Part shown: one piece after another, positions 54,913 to 61,347 of the stretch
Numbering within the stretch: the stretch's first letter is position 1
Layout: each line of letters opens with the position of its first letter
Source: an uncultured virus (IMG/VR IMGVR_UViG_2061766007_001638)
Taxonomy: Duplodnaviria; Heunggongvirae; Uroviricota; Caudoviricetes
IMG/VR virus record: IMGVR_UViG_2061766007_001638
Length of the DNA stretch: 61,347 nt
Reading direction: 5' to 3' (one strand)
Notes under the pieces: generated by a model
The model's database searches: none
Seen by the model: the letters and a program-made list of their open reading frames with translations, nothing else
Told to the model about the DNA's origin: nothing
Translations under genes and position numbers: made by a program

Positions 54913-55987
54913 TTAAACTCCAATTATGTGGTTTTTGAGCGCNNNNNNNNNNNNNNNNNNNNNNNNNNNNNNNNNNNNNNNNNNNNNNNNNNNNNNNNNN
55001 NNNNNNNNNNNNNNNNNNNNNNNNNNNNNNNNNNNNNNNNNNNNNNNNNNNNNNNNAATCCAATTCCATGAGATTGACACAATCCTAGAACGCGTATTTT
55101 CCTATGTATCTCACATAAGGAACGGAAATCCTGATTTTCCTGCACTGTTTCTGGAACGCCGTATCTCCAATCGATATTAGACGATTGTTCGAATCGAATA
55201 TGGTGGCGAATCCATGGGTCTGCAGGAACTCGTCTGAAACGTCGCGTCCTATAATGAAGCTTCCGCTTCCCTGGTTCTCGAGAAGATTCTTCCCCACCTT
55301 GTCGTAAAGCCCGCCTTCGTCTTCCCCTTGTCCATTTGTAAACTGGACTGGAATAGCGTCGAATAGCAACTAGCCATTCTCGTCGTATATCTAGAAACTT
55401 TTGAGCTTGGCGGAACCCATTAGACTGTCGTCTCCATATCCACTCTGGATGAATATTTTGTAGTTCTCCCCGTCTATTTTGACAGTTGATTCGTCCTGGC
55501 TCGTCCCTACGGTTGTTCCGTCCACCTTTGAGGATTTGTTTCCACTGAAAGTCTGTGATTCCACTTCAACGAAAACATCTCCAGTGGTGTCTAGCCCAAG
55601 TCCTTCCGCTGGAGTGATTCGGTTTACCGTACATTGCTCGAAAATGTATCCATCGGACCCGTTGGCCCTCACGTCGTAGATAAAGTTTTCGCTTCCAGCA
55701 ATTTCCCCAGAACCGTATGCATTTTCTCCAACAAAAGCGAAGGTTGCGACGAATCTCTTTCCTCCGCCAGAAATGGGTATTCCAGTGTCAATCCACTGCA
55801 ATCCAGTGGATTGAATGTAGCTGACCTCTAAATCATATGGAACATTTCCTCCGCCCCCAGCTGGCGCTGCATAGTAAATCGGACAGTGTTCGTTCACCAT
55901 CTGCGCAACCTGGAACTGACAATATCCCTGTATTACGTTGCACCAATATGGGTTGTCAGACGGATTATATTCGCAAAAAGCTTCCAT
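54913..55987 (-). CDS. Type A module + BspA-type LRR protein (TAG read-through at 55391, 55370, 55085; end approximate)
   Basis: VPYDLEVSYIQSTGLQWIDTG...KSF*IYDENG*LLFDAIPV...LYDKV...NQGSGSF...IGKYAF*DC; GTAAATA 6 nt before ATG. Confidence 0.7.
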
Positions 55988-56018
55988 AAAACATATTTAC
56001 AGCTTTTTGCGGATTAAA

Positions 56019-56558
56019 TCACATATTGAACACTTCTTCCACGGTTTTATATCCCTGGAAGACCTTAGACGGCTTTTTCGTCTTTTGCGTAAACTTGAAT
56101 TCATCTAAAATTCCGAATTTTTTGAAGAATTTCTTTGGTTCTAGCTTGTATATGTAATATCCAGTCTTCTGGTACACCCATTTCTGGTCTATGGAGAAGC
56201 TTCTCTGATTCCTGTTGAACGACCCCTTTACATCTACGTATATCTTGTTTCCTTCTACTCCAAACATAACCTTGAATTCGGATACCAGGTCCGTGAAACT
56301 AGGATTCACTTCTATTAAAAAATCTGGACTATACACGTGGTCCTGAAACAAGGTCTTTTCTTTTTTCCCAGATTTATACATTGCTTTCTCGAACAACACA
56401 AAAGTACACGGCTGATACCAGAAGTCTTTCACAACTCCTTTTTCGTTCATGTGGAGAAGCCACTTGTAAACCAAAACTTCCTCATTGCTGTCAACCTACA
56501 CGGTATTTCCAGTTCTAGTGTCCAAAACCTGAAATTCGCTGTTTTTGTTCTTTCCCAT
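56019..56558 (-). CDS. PD-(D/E)XK nuclease, DUF1064/TnsA-like (TAG at 56496)
   Basis: MGKNK...TV(TAG)VDSNEE...YQP..F.L...YSPDF...YVDVKG. Confidence 0.65.
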
Positions 56559-57240
56559 TCAACTTTCTCCGTTTATGCAAGNNNNNNNNNNNNNNNNNNN
56601 CGTCCTCTATTTTTTCAAAAACCCCTCTTTCGATATAATCGTCCTTGAACGGACAGCACCTGTCCATGCTTTCATTCACGCTCTTTATGACGTTATCTTC
56701 GCCAAGTCCGTGTTTTTTCTTTATGTTTACGACCATAGAACCGAACCTTTTCTTGAAAAACCTGTAAAGAACGTAACTGTCAATCTTCCTGTGCTTTATG
56801 AAAAAGACGTTTTCCCATGTCTTTTTCCGTTCCTTCATGAATTTTTCGAATATGTGGTGGAATACGGAATTCATCATCCTCATGTCGAGCCTTATGTCCG
56901 TCTCCTTCAGGAAATACGTGACGTCTGGGATGATTTTCACGAGCTTCCTGAGCTTAGGTGCCCTCATTTCCGTTTCCAGCAGAACGTTCTCTCCAGGAAA
57001 GCACGAACCCAAAACAAATAAAAACTCTGGGCTGGATTCCCTGAAATCCACCACATATTTTCCAGTCTCTTCTTCAACGTATTTCCTGAATACCGACCTC
57101 ATGGTGCTTTNNNNNNNNNNNNNNNNNNCGTACTCCCCGTCTGAATTCCTCGAGAATTCCGAACCATAGTCGTCGAAAAACCTTGACATGCACGCATCGA
57201 GGATTTTCTTGTAGTATATGAGATTTATTTTAGGCTTCAT
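56559..57240 (-). CDS. Hypothetical protein (end approximate)
   Basis: ORF directly after the exonuclease. Confidence 0.6.
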
Positions 57241-57241
57241 C

Positions 57242-58206
57242 TCACACCACCATGCACTCGTCGAGGCTGAATTCTCCAGAAAAACTTCGTTCTTTCATCT
57301 TCTCGTCGACAACCTTGGTTATCCTTTCAACGTAGTCCTTCGGTATGTGCCTGAAATCTATGAGAGTGGAATTCAGCTTGAACCTCTCCGCTGCGTCGTT
57401 GTCCTCCAGGAGCATTTGCCTGAGTTTTACCCTGTTCTTGACCAGCGCCCACGATTTCTTGTTCCCGTATTTCGGGAATACGTTCTTGATGTTGTCGGAT
57501 ACGTCTCCCCTGACAATCTTCCACAGAAGGAAATCGCTTCTGCTTACTGGCTCGTCCGAAATNNNNNNNNNNNNNNNNNNNNNNNNNNNNNNNNNNNNNN
57601 NNNNNNNNNNNNNNNNNNNCGTCCTTAAGCTGAAGGAAGTCTCTGTCCGATGAGAACAGTATCCTTGACATGTATCCAGTGTAGTTCATGAAAATCGTGG
57701 CTATGATGTCGTCTGATTCGCATCCTTCGACTTTCACAATCTTGTATCCAAGAGCTGTTTCAACTCCTAATTCGGTGAATAGAACGTCCTGAATGTATGG
57801 CTTCAGGTTCTTTATCGAAAACCTCTGCTTTGTGTTCTCGCGTTGTGCCTTATACCCTGGATATAGACGCTTCCTGAAGTTCTTGTCGAGGTCTCCGTCA
57901 ACCGCGAAGAAAACGTCTACATCCGTGGCGCAGTCTATTTCTCCTTGGTGGTTCCTGGAAACAATTGTCCTTATCTGCTCAAGCTTGTCCTGGACAACGA
58001 ATTTCAGAACCCTCCTGAACGAATAGAAATTCAGGAGTTCTGGCAAATTTTCCTGGTCTGTTTTCCATACGCTTTCCTTCAATACCGAGCCCGNNNNNNN
58101 NNNNNNNNNNNNNNCTGTTCGCCGCAGCGAATATGCACATATACTCGAAATTGGATGCGTCTACGACTACGAGTACCCTTGAACTGTTGTCGTCAGTTCC
58201 GTTCAT
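57242..58206 (-). CDS. 5'-3' exonuclease / T4 RNase H-like
   Basis: VVDASN, FAVD, RKRLYPGYKAQR, EGCESDDIIA, SSDRDFLQL, IVRGDVSDNI across N gaps. Confidence 0.9.
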
Positions 58207-59036
58207 CTGTCCTCCGAATTCAGAAGGCTTTCGACTTTCAAGAGAAGGTTCCTGTCATTCTCGAAAAACCTGCTGTTCTTCATAATCCACGAGAAATACT
58301 GCCTGTCCTTCATAAAAGCGTCTTCAATCTTCATTCCCTTGTACTTTCCTACACGGAAATATTCTACGGGATGAGGAGAGCTCAGAAAATCCGAAATTTC
58401 CTTGAACGAACCCATGTGCCAATTCGTATTTAGGTTTCCACGGCAAATCAATTCATCCAATATGACCCTTGTCTTCGCTATTTCATTCTTTATTGTCCTT
58501 TTAGACGTAAAATAATCGACAACGTCTTTCTTTAAATTTGCGAGTACGCTGTTTTTGCAGTAGTTTCCGCAGTCGTTCACGTCTACGAAGAGCTTTGAAA
58601 GAGATTCCACGTCTATAATCCTGCCTTCATCGAACTTTATCGGTTCTTTCTTCAATATTCTCTCGAAATGCTCGTTCAGAACCTTTAATACGTATTCCTT
58701 TAGCCCATAACCTATCACGTACACTCCGTTGTCCGAAAACCAAGACATGATAAAATGAATCTTGGACAACCCTTCATATAGGGACATCCATTTCCCGAAC
58801 CTATCGGGGTCCAATGACATTATTTCTATCGAAGAATTGGTAAATCCGTGGAAAGCCGTTCCATTTCCCAGTATTTTCTCGTCTGGAATCATGTTTATCT
58901 GCTTTGCCTTCGCATTCAGTCCAGACATCATTTCTTCCCAGCTAGATACTTCACATCTGAACTGAATCGGGCAATTCTTGCTTCCGTACAGGTCGTTCAT
59001 CGTCGTGAATACGTCTATGAATGCACAATTTTCCAT
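58203..59036 (-). CDS. DnaQ/DEDD exonuclease-like protein, apparently degenerate, with C-terminal GKYKG domain
   Basis: FIDVFTT, HGFT, IGY, IID; GKYKG.KIED....D..YFSW; TATAAT (minus 59043-59048) 6 nt before ATG. Confidence 0.55.
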   Translation of the reverse strand: MENCAFIDVFTTMNDLYGSKNCPIQFRCEVSSWEEMMSGLNAKAKQINMIPDEKILGNGTAFHGFTNSSIEIMSLDPDRFGKWMSLYEGLSKIHFIMSWFSDNGVYVIGYGLKEYVLKVLNEHFERILKKEPIKFDEGRIIDVESLSKLFVDVNDCGNYCKNSVLANLKKDVVDYFTSKRTIKNEIAKTRVILDELICRGNLNTNWHMGSFKEISDFLSSPHPVEYFRVGKYKGMKIEDAFMKDRQYFSWIMKNSRFFENDRNLLLKVESLLNSEDR

Positions 59037-59184
59037 GCTTATATTATACCACAGTGAAAATTATGGAATAATTCCAGTTTATTCCAAAATAGACAAAAAC
59101 TTCCCGTTAATCAAATATATGCAAGAAGTGATTACAATGGTGATTACAATATAAGTTACCAATCGTTACCAAGAAAAGGAAACG

Positions 59185-61128
59185 TCAAGTGTATATGTAC
59201 GTATCCGCACGTCCATTTTTTATAGCCGCCAGGGAATTCCTTACGACGTGTTTTGTCTTCCTTATGTCACCTATTTCGACCTTATCTGGCCTGTTTATCC
59301 TGTCGAATATCTCCTGGTCTGTCATTTCGACGAATTTCTTGAGACGCTTATATGCATTCTTGAGGAACTTCTGGACTATCGTAAGGTCCATCATCTGTGC
59401 TGTTTCCATCGGGGTGCAGTACTGGAGCTTTGGTTCAAGGTCGAGGTTGTACGAACGGAATCCCCTGTTTTCGTCGTCTTTTTCAAGGGGTGACATGGAA
59501 AGTCCATACGTATATGAAAGATGAGTGAATCTCATGCGGAGAAGAGGATGGATTTTCTTCCAATCCTTCCACTGGCTCCACTTGAATTCCTTTCCTCGTT
59601 CTGGCCACACGAAATACGCCTCCTAATCGTCGTGTTTGACCCCGAAGTCAGAAAACGACACTATTTTTCTTCCAGAGTTCGTGTAAATCTGCTCTCCAGC
59701 GGCGTTTTTACCCCTTGACCTGTTCTTGTCGATGTTTCCCTTCCTGAACTCTCCGTCCTCGGTCATTACTCCACATGGGTCGAGGTTTATTTTCTTCATT
59801 TTTACCGCTTCCAGAAGGTCCTTGAAGTATGGGTCTCTTTCTGGCCACATCTGGAACAACCTGTTGTCTATCTTCCTGCNNNNNNNNNNNNNNNNNNNNN
59901 NNNNNNCTCCCATCTGGTCTGGAGTCAATTTTGAAGAGCCGTTTATCCTTGAGTCCCATTCCTTCGTGTTTGGGTCAAGAAACACCTCAACTGTGTCTCC
60001 TCCCTCGAATTCGAATAGAATGTCCACAGCCTTGTCTGGATTGCTCTTTGGATTGTAGACACCCTCTCCGTCATTCTCCATAATGTGCGTATTATAGGCT
60101 ATTATAGAGCATTTGGCATTTTCAAGGGAATCGTCGTCCATCCTCAACCCAGAGAACTCTGTTTCTTCTTCGTCAAGTTCGACGGAATCTGAGTCTTCAA
60201 CGCTTTCATTAACTGGTCTTGACACTATCTTTGCAAATTCAATCCCAGATTTCTTCATATTTTCCAAACTAGACGGATATTCACACTTGAAAACCTCTTT
60301 TCCGTTCTAATCATATACCCTGAAACGTTCCCTGAAATCCCTAGTCGCACANNNNNNNNNNNNNNNNNNNNNNNNNNNNNNNNNNNNNNNNNNNNNNNNN
60401 NNNNNNNNNNNNNNNNNNNNNNNNNNNNNNNNNNNNNNCGACTTCGTGGCGAAATTCATGTCTTCTAGAATGAGTCCATCTTTCTCGTCTTCGAGAAGAT
60501 TCTGGAAAATCTATGAACCAAGCCTCAAATCATCGTGTGAATCTATTTTTTTACTGTTTTTTCCGTTAAGAATGCCATAAATCTTGTTGAAAGTGTCATC
60601 TTCTACGTATACTGGAAGATACGACCTCAACATTTCCTTATCGGAGATGTGTTTTCTGATGTCGGACGCGGAAATCTCTATACCATATGACTTTATCGGG
60701 GAAAAAGCCGTCTCTTTTGGTGGGATAATCATTACGTTGTTTCCGCTGAAATAGTCTTTGTCTATCGAATCGTACCTGTCCTGGTCGTCATCCTTCGAGC
60801 TTACTCCCAAAACAACCTGGCAGTCCCTAAGTTTTGAGATATCCCTCAAAATCGTCCTTATGGGGTTCGGGTNNNNNNNNNNNNNNNNNNNNNNNNNNNN
60901 GTGTATTCCAGAGTCCTTAAGGCACAATTCTATGATGGATTTCGCGTCTTCTGGGGAAATTTCTGAATTGTTGCTCGTAATCCTTGTACTTTCCTGGTTT
61001 TTTGGGTTTGACACAACAAGAATCACTTCATCGCACATGTCAGAGTAATGTTTGGCCATTTTCATGTGATGGTCTCCGAACGGGCGAAACGCCCCTGGTA
61101 TAAAAGCTATTTTTCTTGTGCTATTCAT
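59185..61128 (-). CDS. Nucleotidyltransferase (cytidyltransferase-like) domain fused to long unknown C-terminus (TAG read-through at 60511, 60307, 59623)
   Basis: IAFIPGAFRPFGDHH, ISASDIRK; frames continue through each TAG; continuity across N gaps inferred; GTAAATA (minus) 61142-61148. Confidence 0.65.
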
Positions 61129-61347
61129 TAGAAATCATCAATATTTACCCAATATCAACCTTTTTGCCAGGTCTTCGCAGTATCATCGTCTGCCGTTGGA
61201 AGGAACTTTTCGACAAGATAACCACGCCATGTTTGTTTTTCGTGATTGCATTCGACTACCATGCCATTAAAACCCAACTTTTTCTACATTCTGAACAAAT
61301 ACTGGTCATTGTCGTATTTGTTTTTCGTCGGCATTGATGCTATCGAG

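Noticed and set aside
1..61347. tRNA genes (including a suppressor) and CRISPR arrays
   Set aside because: No cloverleaf or repeat-spacer pattern recognised in unmasked sequence; masked regions cannot be assessed.

Overview
A 61 kb segment of a large T4-like (myovirus/jumbo) phage genome, with many N-masked gaps that break reading frames. It carries a T4 gp17-like terminase, gp13-like neck protein, gp3/gp19-fold tail protein, gp44/gp62-like clamp loader, T4 RNase H-like exonuclease, Rnl1-like RNA ligase, IF-3, RmlA, Stealth and GT25 glycosyltransferases, a MoxR AAA+/VWA pair and BspA-type LRR proteins. Four features are not visible in the standard-code ORF track. (1) TAG is a sense codon, most likely Gln (code 15): I traced about 44 in-frame TAGs splitting conserved domains, mostly in late/structural genes. 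(2) There are two promoter classes: sigma70-like TTGACA-N17-TATAAT before TAG-free early genes, and a GTAAATA motif (13 copies found) before most TAG-containing late genes. (3) Many promoters sit 6-9 nt before the ATG, implying leaderless mRNAs, in a phage that encodes its own IF-3. (4) A tail-associated cassette of four small genes shares an N-terminal peptide motif, and two of them are preceded by (TC)n microsatellites whose length sets where upstream translation stops relative to the next start codon: a candidate phase-variable translational-coupling switch. No tRNA, CRISPR array or reverse transcriptase was seen. All family calls are from motif recognition by eye, not database searches.
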